Source: Candidatus Melainabacteria bacterium (GTDB taxonomy: Bacteria > Cyanobacteriota > Vampirovibrionia > 2-02-FULL-35-15). Taken from it: a DNA stretch of 64,000 bases. Position 1 is the stretch's first letter, and each line of letters opens with the position of its first letter. Shown here one piece after another: positions 36,878 through 46,374 of the stretch. Location: NCBI GenBank assembly GCA_016193285.1, contig JACPSL010000018.1, forward strand, positions 91,535-155,534, read 5' to 3'. The notes beneath the pieces are model-generated. The model was not told the DNA's origin. It did not search any database and saw nothing but the letters and a program-made list of their open reading frames with translations. The position numbers and the translations under genes were made by a program.

Positions 36878-37741
36878 ATGGGAGTATCGGCGCATCAACG
36901 TGTTTTAATTTTCCTGATTTTGTTAGGAGTATTATTTTCTCAAAATACAAAAGCTTTGGCCTGGACTGTTTCACCAGTTAGGTTTGAAGTTAAAGCTGAA
37001 AAAGGGAAAGAATATACATTAACCTTTTCAGTATTAAATGAAAGTCAGCTTTATCAAAAAAGATTTGAAATCCAAACAGATGATTGGGTAATAGATAAAG
37101 AAAATAATTTTCTAAGGAAAGCTTTTAATAAAAATTTAGAAATAAAATATTCAGCAACATCATGGATTAGAGTTTCACCACAACAGTTTGTGCTTCCGCC
37201 AGGACAGTCAAAAAGTGTTAGATTTACCATTGCTGTTCCAAGTAATCTTGATGGAGATGGAGAATATAAAACAGGTATTTTTGTAGGTGAAAAAAATATT
37301 GAAAAGCCTCCAAAAGGAGAAAAAATTGTTCATATAAAACAAGATACTTATATTGGTGTAATTGTTTATGTAAAAATTGGAGAAGAAAAACCAGAAATTA
37401 TTTTAAAAGATTTTAAAGTAAGTACAAAACCACAAGAAAAAAACTTACATAAGGTAACAATTTATCCTGTTTATGAAAGCCATGGGAATGTTCATTCAAG
37501 AGGACAAATCTCAGTAAAGATGGAACCACTCTCAGCTATTGGCCCTAACCTCCCAGCTCCTGATGCTTTTAATGCTGGCGAGTTAGTTGTTTTAAGAGGA
37601 ACAGAAGTTGCATATCCAATTGATATTCCTGTTTTACTTCCAGCAAATAGTGAATGGAAGTTTGTTGTAACTAGTGATTTCGGTAATAAGACACCTAATC
37701 TTGTTGGGACTAAGAAATATAAGATACCTTTACACCCATAA
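36878..37741 (+). CDS. PapD/DUF916-like periplasmic chaperone
   Basis: VSPVRFE...FSVLN...SATSWIRVSPQQFVLPPGQSKSVRFTIAVP...GEYKTGIFV; second domain HGNVHSRG. Confidence 0.75.
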   Translation: MGVSAHQRVLIFLILLGVLFSQNTKALAWTVSPVRFEVKAEKGKEYTLTFSVLNESQLYQKRFEIQTDDWVIDKENNFLRKAFNKNLEIKYSATSWIRVSPQQFVLPPGQSKSVRFTIAVPSNLDGDGEYKTGIFVGEKNIEKPPKGEKIVHIKQDTYIGVIVYVKIGEEKPEIILKDFKVSTKPQEKNLHKVTIYPVYESHGNVHSRGQISVKMEPLSAIGPNLPAPDAFNAGELVVLRGTEVAYPIDIPVLLPANSEWKFVVTSDFGNKTPNLVGTKKYKIPLHP

Positions 37742-38206
37742 GTTTCCTAAGTATTCTAAATTTTTAAATCCTTCTTTGTAAGCTTTAATTATTTTATCTG
37801 CTACAGGTGGATATAGCGTGATTCTATTAAGCTCAAGAATTGGCTTGTAGTCTACATCAGCAAGCATTGGTTCATTACCTATTTTTAATTCCCCGCCTAG
37901 TACTTCTCCTGTTGCATAAATATTTATTATGTGTCTGCTTCGATCTGGTGCAATTGCTTCAGATAAAAAAACCACTTTACCAAATTTTATGTCAAGATTT
38001 GTTTCTTCTTTTAACTCTCTTACTGCACAGTCTTGAAATGATTCCCCGTACTCTATTCGCCCACCTGGCAAAACCCAATAATATCTACTTGCTTTTTTAT
38101 GTTGGACAAGCAGTATTTCTTCTTTTTCATTTACGACAATTATTGAAACCCTGAAATTAGGTCTTTGTATGAAATTTCTTCTGTCCCTATATCTAGGATT
38201 TGGCAT
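37730..38206 (-). CDS. NUDIX hydrolase
   Basis: PGGRIEYGESFQDCAVRELKEETNL NUDIX box. Confidence 0.92.
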   Translation of the reverse strand: MPNPRYRDRRNFIQRPNFRVSIIVVNEKEEILLVQHKKASRYYWVLPGGRIEYGESFQDCAVRELKEETNLDIKFGKVVFLSEAIAPDRSRHIINIYATGEVLGGELKIGNEPMLADVDYKPILELNRITLYPPVADKIIKAYKEGFKNLEYLGNLWV

Positions 38207-38316
38207 GATTTAAGTTTTTTTAGTATGCACAACTCTTGATGCACAAATAAACTGTATATATTGTACACGATTAAAGAATAAATTAAACTCGTGAGTTAAG
38301 ATTCTTATGTCAGACT

Positions 38317-39657
38317 ATGTCAGTATCATTTTTAAACCTACTGGATAAATTCAGGCCTCATAAAGTTTATATGCCTTCACCTTTAGTAGGCATTGCACGA
38401 TTTATTGCATTAGCTATATTTTGGTTTCTAATTATTTATGGTACAACTTCAATTAGTGTAATTTTGTTTGCAAAATTTATTCCAGAGTTATTGTTTAGCT
38501 TAAAATTTTTTAAATTAGCGAGGTTCGTTTATTATCTTGCTCCTTTAGTTTGTGTAGTAGTTTTAATTGCAGTAAATGCAATTTTTTTAGTTTTAAATGA
38601 AAGAAAAATTCTTGCTTTACTTACAGTAAGAGTGGGTCCAAACAGAGTTGGTCCAAATGGTTTTTTTCAAACAGTAGCAGATGCTATTAAGCTCTTGTTT
38701 AAAGAAGACATCATTCCAAAAGGTGCTGACAGACTACTTTTTAATGTAGCTCCTATAATATTTTTTGCACCTACTACAATTGCATTTATACCTATTCTTT
38801 CAACTGCAACTAATAATAGTGGACCGTTTTTGTCTTGTGATCTTTCAATTGGAATCTTATTTATTATGGCCATTTCTTCAATCCCAGTGATAGGCTTAGT
38901 TTTAGGTGGTTGGGCTAGCAGCAATAAATACTCACTCATTGGCGGACTGCGTAGCGCAGCACAGTCAATTAGCTATGAGATCCCAATGATACTTACTGTA
39001 ATTAGCATAATTGTTCTAACTGGCTCACTTAATTTAAAAGAAATTGTAGACAGTCAAATAGGTGGAATTTTAAATTGGAATATTTTTGCTTTTGGGAAGT
39101 TACCACTTGTACTAAATCTTTTTCCACTTGGTAAAAATACATTCATTGGCCTTTATGCATTAGCTTTTTTAGCTGTAACATTTGTTTTGTTTTTAATATA
39201 TTTAACTTCTGCATTTGCTGAAGTAAACAGAATTCCTTTTGACTTGCCTGAAGCAGAAAGTGAGCTTGTCTCTGGTTATAATACAGAGTTTACTGGTATA
39301 AAATTTGCCTTATTTTTTTTAGGAGAATATACAGCACTTTTTATAATATGTTGTTTAGCTTCAATGCTTTTCTTAGGTGGAGGACATCTTGGAGTTTCAA
39401 TAGAGACTGAAAGATCTATTATTCAATCATTAGCTACTTTACAAATTGGCGATCAATTTTTTGATTTGTCCTGGCTTTTGCCATCTGTTGTTTTAATGCT
39501 AAAAGCTTATGTGCTGATTTTTTGTTCTGTGTGGGTAAGAGCTACTTTGCCAAGATTACGATATGATCAACTTATGAGCTTTGGCTGGAAGTATTTAATT
39601 CCACTTTCGCTTATAAATATTTTTGTAGTTGCAATCTTAGTAAGTGTAAGATTTTAA
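38317..39657 (+). CDS. ndhA: NDH-1 subunit NdhA/NuoH
   Basis: ERKILA..RVGPNRVGP..ADAIKLLFKE; RIPFDLPEAESELVSGY. Confidence 0.95.
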   Translation: MSVSFLNLLDKFRPHKVYMPSPLVGIARFIALAIFWFLIIYGTTSISVILFAKFIPELLFSLKFFKLARFVYYLAPLVCVVVLIAVNAIFLVLNERKILALLTVRVGPNRVGPNGFFQTVADAIKLLFKEDIIPKGADRLLFNVAPIIFFAPTTIAFIPILSTATNNSGPFLSCDLSIGILFIMAISSIPVIGLVLGGWASSNKYSLIGGLRSAAQSISYEIPMILTVISIIVLTGSLNLKEIVDSQIGGILNWNIFAFGKLPLVLNLFPLGKNTFIGLYALAFLAVTFVLFLIYLTSAFAEVNRIPFDLPEAESELVSGYNTEFTGIKFALFFLGEYTALFIICCLASMLFLGGGHLGVSIETERSIIQSLATLQIGDQFFDLSWLLPSVVLMLKAYVLIFCSVWVRATLPRLRYDQLMSFGWKYLIPLSLINIFVVAILVSVRF

Positions 39658-39659
39658 AA

Positions 39660-40154
39660 GTGTTGAACGTATTTGCAAAAACAATTGATGGTCTCTACAA
39701 CATACTAAAAGGTATGTTTACTGTAATTAAGCATACTGGTAGAAATCCGATTACATCTAGTTATCCTGATGTAATACCTGAGCTTTATCCAACAAGCCGT
39801 CATAGACTTGCATTAACAGTAAATCCTGATACTGGTGAACATCTTTGTATTGCATGTAAACAATGTGAAAGAATTTGCCCTGATACATGTATAACTGTAA
39901 TCCCGGATCCCGAGAAGAAAGGTGTGATAAAAGAATTTTATTTAGATCATGGACTTTGTATGTTTTGCGGGCTTTGTACTGAGGTTTGTCCTACTAACTG
40001 TATTATAAATACTGTTGATTTTGAAATGAGTGAGTATAAAAGAGAAGATTTAATTTATGATATAAAAAGACTTACTCTTACTCAGGAACAATCAAGATTT
40101 TATTTTGATTTTAAAGAAATGCCGAAACCAAAACCAAAGCCAGTAAAGGCTTGA
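39660..40154 (+). CDS. ndhI: NDH-1 subunit NdhI/NuoI (2x[4Fe-4S])
   Basis: CIACKQCERICP and CMFCGLCTEVCP. Confidence 0.95.
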   Translation: MLNVFAKTIDGLYNILKGMFTVIKHTGRNPITSSYPDVIPELYPTSRHRLALTVNPDTGEHLCIACKQCERICPDTCITVIPDPEKKGVIKEFYLDHGLCMFCGLCTEVCPTNCIINTVDFEMSEYKREDLIYDIKRLTLTQEQSRFYFDFKEMPKPKPKPVKA

Positions 40155-40168
40155 AAGGAAACATCATA

Positions 40169-40666
40169 ATGGACCTAGCTTATTTTGCTTTCAGTGTTTT
40201 AGCTGTAGCTGGTGCAATAGGTGTCGTATTAGAAAAAAACATTATTAGAGCAGGCTTTGCACTTGTAGTTTGTTTTGGAGCAGTTGCAGGGACTTATTTT
40301 ACTCTTTCTGCTCCATTTGTAGGTGCTTCGCAAATTTTAATTTATGCTGTTGGAATTACATTAGTAGTTGTTTTTGCACTTATGTTAACAAGTTCAAAAT
40401 CAAATCTAGAGTCAATAAAAGGTGAGACAGGAAAAAATTTCTTAAGTGCAATAATAGCTCTTGGAATATTTTTTACATTTGCTTTTGCTTTAGTAAGTAA
40501 TAAATGGCCAAGTAACTTACATGCTATTTGTCCTAGAAATACAGAGGTTATTGGTTTAAAACTTTTAAGTTTATATGTTCTTCCATTTGAATTAATTTCT
40601 GTACTTTTATTAGTAGCATTAATAGGAGCAGTCTTAATTGCTAAGAAGGATAAAAAACAGGAGTAA
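40169..40666 (+). CDS. ndhG: NDH-1 subunit NdhG/NuoJ
   Basis: APFVGASQILIYAVGI; YVLPFELISVLLLVALIGA; start is ATG 40169 or TTG 40151. Confidence 0.92.
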   Translation: MDLAYFAFSVLAVAGAIGVVLEKNIIRAGFALVVCFGAVAGTYFTLSAPFVGASQILIYAVGITLVVVFALMLTSSKSNLESIKGETGKNFLSAIIALGIFFTFAFALVSNKWPSNLHAICPRNTEVIGLKLLSLYVLPFELISVLLLVALIGAVLIAKKDKKQE

Positions 40667-40687
40667 ACAGGAGTAAACAGAAGTAAA
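40655..40687 (+). repeat. 10-mer tandem repeat (AAACAGGAGT)x3 across the ndhG stop and ndhE leader
   Basis: aaacaggagt aaacaggagt aaacagaagt. Confidence 0.8.
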
Positions 40688-40688
40688 G

Positions 40689-41069
40689 ATGTCTAATTTT
40701 TTAAAACTTTTTATTAGTGCTCTTTTATTAGCATGTTTTTTATTTATGGCTATTAGATTAGACTCTTCACTTGAAAGGTATATCTTGCTTTCAACAGCAA
40801 TATTTAGTTTAGGAATATATGGTTTAACAGCATCAAGAAACGCAATTAGGGTACTAATGTCTATTGAACTTTTACTTAATGCAGTTAACATTAATCTTGT
40901 AGCATTTTCAAGTTTTATGGATCCACTTGAAATCAAAGGACAAATCTTTGCAATTTTTGTTATGGCAGTTGCAGCAGCAGAAGCAGCAATTGCACTTTCT
41001 ATAATTCTAGCTATCTATCGCAACATGTCATCTGTAGACATGGAGGACTTTGTAAATTTAAAGTGGTAG
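40689..41069 (+). CDS. ndhE: NDH-1 subunit NdhE/NuoK with N-terminal extension
   Basis: [32 protein letters not shown]. Confidence 0.93.
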   Translation: MSNFLKLFISALLLACFLFMAIRLDSSLERYILLSTAIFSLGIYGLTASRNAIRVLMSIELLLNAVNINLVAFSSFMDPLEIKGQIFAIFVMAVAAAEAAIALSIILAIYRNMSSVDMEDFVNLKW

Positions 41070-41146
41070 AGGTTTGAATAAAGGCAGACAATATTGTTTC
41101 CTTAATTTAAATTAACTCTGTAAATACTTTAGAATTGGTGTCTTAA

Positions 41147-41383
41147 ATTTGGGGTACCTGCCAAAAGAAAAAAGAAGTGTTGGCTTCACTTGGTTTGAAC
41201 TTTACTTTAAAAGACAAGAAACTACGCTTAGAACCTATTTTCTGGCTAGAACCAATTATTGAAAACAAAGAAAAACTTGATGATGTAAATGCAAGGTTTG
41301 AACTGGCTGAATGTTCAAAAGATTTAGGAGATAAAGGGAATGAAGAAGTTTTAGCTTCAGTCATTCCCATCTGGGGCAGCTGA
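41147..41383 (+). pseudogene. probable C-terminal remnant of a large serine recombinase ending in the tRNA-His 3' end
   Basis: GTCQKKKEVLASLGLNFTLKDKKL...IPIWGS; no ATG or SD, in-frame stop at 41144; last codons overlap the tRNA acceptor end. Confidence 0.5.
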
Positions 41384-41449
41384 CGGGATTCGAACCCGCG
41401 TATACCGGGACCACAACCCGGGGCCTTGGGCCACTTGGCGACAGCTGCC
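41372..41449 (-). tRNA. tRNA-His(GTG) with G-1 and encoded CCA
   Basis: GGCAGCTGTCGCCAAGTGG...CCGGG-TT-GTG-GT-CCCGG...GGTTCGAATCCC...CAGCTGCCCCA. Confidence 0.96.
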
Positions 41450-41527
41450 GTGTCCTAGAAATTAGAAAATCAGAAATCAGAGGATCAGAATGAGAAAAAC
41501 AAATTTAATTATAGCCTACCCTATGTA

Positions 41528-43225
41528 TTAGCTGACCAAAGTTGCTTCGAGTAATTTGTGATTAGTAATAGCCCCGTCCCTTGCACTGCCCACTAGCTTC
41601 GCATACTTAGCTAAAGCTCCAGAAGTATAATTTGGTTTTGGTGGTTGCCATTTATTTTTTCTTTGCTTTAATTCTTGTTCACTTAACTCGACATTGATCA
41701 TTCCTTTTCCAGCATCAATTTCAATCATGTCTCCATCTTGAATAAGTGCAATTGGTCCGCCAATAAATGCTTCAGGTGCTACGTGTCCTATCATGAGTCC
41801 TCTTGTACCACCACTAAATCTCCCGTCTGTAATTAATGCACATTCAGTTCCTAAACCTTGACCATAAAGTGCTGCAGTAACTGAAAGCATTTCTCTCATG
41901 CCAGGCCCTCCTTTTGGACCTTCATAACGAATTACAACAACATCACCAGCTTTAATTTTTTTGTTTGTAATTGCTTCAAAACATTTTTGCTCACTGTTAA
42001 AAACTCTAGCTGGACCATGATGAAATAATTTTTTTGTACCTGCTACTTTTACAACTGCTCCATCTGGTGCAAGATTCCCTTTTAAAATTTTTAAACCACC
42101 AGTTGAGCTTAGTGGTTTGTCAATTGGATAAATTACATCTTGATCTTTTGGGAATCTTATATTCTTTAAATTTTCAGCTTGTGTTTTACCTGTAACAGTT
42201 AAGCAGTCTCCATTTAACAAACTTGCATCCAACAGATTTTTTAAAACAACTGAGACACCACCTACTTTATGTAAATCATAAGCTACATACTTACCACCTG
42301 GTTTTAAATCTACAAAATATGGTGTTTCATGAAATATTTTTTCAATTTCTTCAATTGAAAATTTAATTCCAGCTTCATGTGCCATTGCTGGGAGATGTAA
42401 GACTGCATTTGTTGAACCACCTGTAGCAGCTACAACTCTACTAGCATTTTCAAATGCTTTCTTAGTCATAATGTCCAGAGGTTTAATGTCTTCTTTTAAA
42501 AGATTAATTACTGCTTCACCACAAGCTTTATGGATTTTCTTTCTTTCAGGATCAATTGCTGGATATGAACTGCTCCCTGGAAGTGCAATTCCAATTGCTT
42601 CAGAAACACATGCCATTGTATTTGCTGTAAATTGACCACCACAAGAACCTGCTCCAGGACAAGCATTGCATTCTATTTCATATAATTCTTTATTAGAAAT
42701 TTTTCCTACATTATAAGCACCAACTGCTTCATATACATCTACAATAGTCAAATCTTTTCCTTTATAATTACCGGGCATTATTGTTCCACCATAAAGAAAA
42801 ACAGCAGGTAAATTCAAGCGGAGCATTGCCATCATTATTCCAGGTAATCCTTTGTCACAACCAGCTATTCCAATCCATCCGTCATAGCAATGAGCATGCA
42901 TCATTAGTTCAATTGAGTCTGCAATTATTTCACGACTAACAAGTGAAGCTTTCATCCCTTCATGTCCCATTGCAATTGCATCACTAACTGAAATAGTTAT
43001 AAATTCACGTGGTGTTCCACCATTTGCAACAATTGATTTTTTAATTGCTTCTGCTTGATCATGAAGAGTTAAATTACAAGGAGTTACTTCATTCCATGTA
43101 CTAGCAACTCCAATAAAAGGCTGGTTTAATTCTTTATCAGTTAGACCCATTGCACGGTACATTGATCGATGAGGTGCTCTTTCAGGTCCGATTGTTACTG
43201 TTTTGCTTTGTTGTTTTAAATCCAT
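41528..43225 (-). CDS. ilvD: dihydroxy-acid dehydratase
   Basis: [46 protein letters not shown]. Confidence 0.97.
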   Translation of the reverse strand: MDLKQQSKTVTIGPERAPHRSMYRAMGLTDKELNQPFIGVASTWNEVTPCNLTLHDQAEAIKKSIVANGGTPREFITISVSDAIAMGHEGMKASLVSREIIADSIELMMHAHCYDGWIGIAGCDKGLPGIMMAMLRLNLPAVFLYGGTIMPGNYKGKDLTIVDVYEAVGAYNVGKISNKELYEIECNACPGAGSCGGQFTANTMACVSEAIGIALPGSSSYPAIDPERKKIHKACGEAVINLLKEDIKPLDIMTKKAFENASRVVAATGGSTNAVLHLPAMAHEAGIKFSIEEIEKIFHETPYFVDLKPGGKYVAYDLHKVGGVSVVLKNLLDASLLNGDCLTVTGKTQAENLKNIRFPKDQDVIYPIDKPLSSTGGLKILKGNLAPDGAVVKVAGTKKLFHHGPARVFNSEQKCFEAITNKKIKAGDVVVIRYEGPKGGPGMREMLSVTAALYGQGLGTECALITDGRFSGGTRGLMIGHVAPEAFIGGPIALIQDGDMIEIDAGKGMINVELSEQELKQRKNKWQPPKPNYTSGALAKYAKLVGSARDGAITNHKLLEATLVS

Positions 43226-43230
43226 GAATT

Positions 43231-43297
43231 TAGACCATAGACCATAGACTAGAGACTATAGACCTTTTTGTGGTCTACGGTCTATGGTCTATAGTCT
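43231..43297. repeat. inverted heptamer arrays (AGACYAT)n / (RGTCTAT)n in the ilvD leader
   Basis: agaccat agaccat agactag agactat agacc...ggtctac ggtctat ggtctat agtct. Confidence 0.85.
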
Positions 43298-43402
43298 TTT
43301 GTCCCAACGTGGTTTTTGATTTCATCTAAGCTATAATCTAACATATAAATTTGAAGAATAACAGTATAAGCATATTTATTTAAATAAAGAAAAAAATATA
43401 AG

Positions 43403-44062
43403 ATGACCAAAACAGAACTTAACATAGAGAAAATATATGAGGAAAATCTTAAGTTCTGGGATAAGGCGTGGCAAAGAGTTACTAAACCTCATAAAGAATT
43501 ACCAAAGCTTCCATACATACATGAAATTACACGCAAATTAAAAAAATACCAAGTTAAAAAAGTTCTTGATCTTGGTTGTGGTTCAGGTTGGTTATCAGTT
43601 TTTATTTCAAAATATGGTTTTGATGTAACTGGAATTGATATTGCAAAACCAGCTATTGAACTTGGCAAGGTATGGGCAAAGGAAGACAATGTAAACGTAA
43701 ATTTTTTAGTAGGAGACATTTTAAATTTACCTTTTAAAGAAAAGTCATTTGATGCAATTATTTGTAATTCTGTTCTTGAGCACTTTAGAATGGATCAAGC
43801 AAAAATCATTTTTGATAAAGTTTATAAAATATTAATAGATAAAGGATTTTTCTTTGGATGCTTTGACGAAGTTGGTTCTGGAAAAGGTGAATATTTTGAA
43901 CTAGTAGATTCCACGCATATTTACACTGACGAGGCGCGCCATGGCATGATGCTAAGAAATTATTCGGATCAAGAATTAAAAGAACTTCTAGCTAACTTTG
44001 ATATCTTATCTTTTGATAAGAATAATTATGGAAGTAGATTAGTCTGGGCGAGGAAGAAATAG
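43403..44062 (+). CDS. class I SAM-dependent methyltransferase
   Basis: VLDLGCGSG motif I; LPFKEKSFDAI. Confidence 0.9.
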   Translation: MTKTELNIEKIYEENLKFWDKAWQRVTKPHKELPKLPYIHEITRKLKKYQVKKVLDLGCGSGWLSVFISKYGFDVTGIDIAKPAIELGKVWAKEDNVNVNFLVGDILNLPFKEKSFDAIICNSVLEHFRMDQAKIIFDKVYKILIDKGFFFGCFDEVGSGKGEYFELVDSTHIYTDEARHGMMLRNYSDQELKELLANFDILSFDKNNYGSRLVWARKK

Positions 44063-44066
44063 ATCT

Positions 44067-45044
44067 TTAAAACACTGCCGTACACCACTCTTTGTACAAA
44101 TGATTTCGTCCTCTGACTACATTAAAATAAATATCTTGTAATTTTTTACTAATGGGTCCAGGTTTTCCATCTCCAATTGGTCTATGATCAATCATTGTTA
44201 TTGGGCTGACTTGAGCTCCAGTTCCACAAAAAAATGCTTCATCTGAAATATACAACTCTGTCCTGTCAATTTTTCTTATTTCTGTTTCCAAATCAAGTTC
44301 ATTTTTTGCAAGCTCGATAATGGTAGTTCTAGTAATGCCTTCTAAGATATTGTCTGAAACTAAAGTAGTAATTAACTTTCCATCTCTGACTATAAAAACA
44401 TTCATTGCACTTCCTTCAGAGACATGTCCGTCTTGAGATAAGACAATTGCATCATCAAAGCCAGATAAAATTGCATCAGTTTTTGCAAGAGCAGTGTTTA
44501 CATAACTACCTTGAATTTTTCCTCTTGCAGGTATTGCATTGTCTTCTACTCTTGTCCAGCTGCTAACACAAACATGAAGCCCTTTTGAAATATCTACATA
44601 GTCTCCCATTGGCATTGTACAAATTGAAAGTCCTGTAGGATTTAATCCGCCTTTATTTAACAAAGAAGGCCCAACTATAATTCCTGACTTGTATACATTA
44701 GGACGAATGTACATGTCACAACTTGGATTATTTTTTTGCATTAACTCTAAAGTAATTTTACAAAGCTCATCAGGAGTTTTATCTAATTCCAGATTTAAAA
44801 GATTACAGTTACTAGCTAATCTTTGATAATGTTCTTTCATCCTGAAAATATACATTCGTTTTTCTTCATTGTTCCAATAACCACGAATACCTTCAAAGAT
44901 CCCAGTACCGTACTGAAAAGCATGGGTCATTATATTTATATTTGCTTCTCTAAGTGGAACAAATTTCCCGTTAAAGTAAGCAATTGAATTTAAATCTATC
45001 CCCTCTTTATTTGCCATTGTTTTCTCCAAAGTTTGTTTTGTCAT
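44067..45044 (-). CDS. ilvE: branched-chain amino acid aminotransferase
   Basis: YGTGIFEGIRGY, EGSAMNVF, ILEGITR, EAFFCGTGA. Confidence 0.94.
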   Translation of the reverse strand: MTKQTLEKTMANKEGIDLNSIAYFNGKFVPLREANINIMTHAFQYGTGIFEGIRGYWNNEEKRMYIFRMKEHYQRLASNCNLLNLELDKTPDELCKITLELMQKNNPSCDMYIRPNVYKSGIIVGPSLLNKGGLNPTGLSICTMPMGDYVDISKGLHVCVSSWTRVEDNAIPARGKIQGSYVNTALAKTDAILSGFDDAIVLSQDGHVSEGSAMNVFIVRDGKLITTLVSDNILEGITRTTIIELAKNELDLETEIRKIDRTELYISDEAFFCGTGAQVSPITMIDHRPIGDGKPGPISKKLQDIYFNVVRGRNHLYKEWCTAVF

Positions 45045-45062
45045 AATTAGACATTATATCAA

Positions 45063-46148
45063 TTATTTTTCTTTCAATGGTACTCTTAGAATTTCTTCAT
45101 TATCAAGTGGATCAACTAATGCTAATGAATAATTTCCAACTTTATCCATAATTAAAAATGCAAGAGAAATAGTTGCCTCGTTAAATGGTTTTATTGTTTT
45201 AAGTGCTTCTTGTCCTGATAGAAATAAATCTGGATGCAATGGCTCAACTTCAGAATTGTTTACTAAAACAATGTCAGATAAACTAATTGGGTTTTGTGAA
45301 TTATTTTTTAGTTCAAAATTTAAAATAATGTAATCTCCATATTTTTTACTGTGCATCTTATTTATATTTTTTATTGTTATATTAATTTCATCTTTATTTG
45401 TTTTTGGAAAAAATCTAAATCCTTTGTAGCTCTCTGCTTCTCTGTTTCTTTGTTTCTCTGCTTCTTGTACCGGAAGCTCTCCTAAAATATATAAATTACT
45501 TTTTAAGACAACTTTTGTATTAATTCCAGTCAAGAGTGTTGGGATTTTACCTTTCCTTCGCATTGAGCCTACAATTCCTGCACTTGCTCCGATTCCACCA
45601 CCAGCAAGGACACTAATTCCATGCGTAGCAAATGCAAGCGGTAAACCACCATATTGAAGTCCTGCAATTAAACCATGGAAAGTTCCATAGGTAGTTAATG
45701 CAGCATCATAAGTTAAAGTATCTGCAAGTTTTTTTGTAATGGGTAAAGTGTTTGTACTTACAGAAGCAAAAATTGGAATTCTTATATTACCTGGAGTAAT
45801 AATTTCATTAAATTCAATTTCAAATGCGCCGTCTTGTCCAAAGTATCTTGGACTTTTTATTTCAGTTATAATTCCATCAAGTCTGCTTCCTTTTGGTATG
45901 TAAAAATCTTTCCCAATTAAAATATCATCCTTTAAAATCGCACTTATTTTATCTCCTTGTTGACTAAAGTAAAAATTTATTGGTGTGTTTAAACTAATAT
46001 CAATGATTTGTCCTTTGTCAATGACTGTTGAAATCCCACCCTTTAGTAAGGTCTTGGAGGTTGCTTCAAGTCCACAGTAACTACTTACAAGAAGAAAAGA
46101 AAGAACTAGTAGAAAATTTACAAACCTAAGTAATATCATATGCATCAA
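45063..46148 (-). CDS. exported TrbI/VirB10-like, glycine-zipper, Ig-like protein; paralog of 21893-22960
   Basis: SQQGDKISA..IPKGSRLDG.I; GGLPLAFATHGISVLAGGGIG. Confidence 0.55.
   Translation of the reverse strand: MMHMILLRFVNFLLVLSFLLVSSYCGLEATSKTLLKGGISTVIDKGQIIDISLNTPINFYFSQQGDKISAILKDDILIGKDFYIPKGSRLDGIITEIKSPRYFGQDGAFEIEFNEIITPGNIRIPIFASVSTNTLPITKKLADTLTYDAALTTYGTFHGLIAGLQYGGLPLAFATHGISVLAGGGIGASAGIVGSMRRKGKIPTLLTGINTKVVLKSNLYILGELPVQEAEKQRNREAESYKGFRFFPKTNKDEINITIKNINKMHSKKYGDYIILNFELKNNSQNPISLSDIVLVNNSEVEPLHPDLFLSGQEALKTIKPFNEATISLAFLIMDKVGNYSLALVDPLDNEEILRVPLKEK
45432..45466. repeat. octamer tandem repeat in frame (encodes EAEKQRNREAE on the minus strand)
   Basis: ctctgctt ctctgttt ctttgttt ctctgctt. 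Confidence 0.7.
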
Positions 46149-46374
46149 ATCTCAATCCCAATTTTTTAATTTTCCAATTAGCTAAGAATTACCAGAGAAT
46201 TCCTTAATTTTCAATTCTCAAACCTTAGTTGTCAATTACAAATATGTAATGCTACTAGTTAATCATGCCAAACATTTTGTAAAAAATACATGTTTTCAGG
46301 TATGCTACATCAGAACAACTTGGTTTAATTAACATCTTAGGGATAGGTAATTTAATAAGAAGGAGCAAAAAAGG

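Noticed and set aside
38253..38270. SOS-box-like CTGTATATATTGTACAC between the NUDIX gene and ndhA
   Set aside because: Does not match CTGT-N8-ACAG; more simply explained as divergent -10 elements
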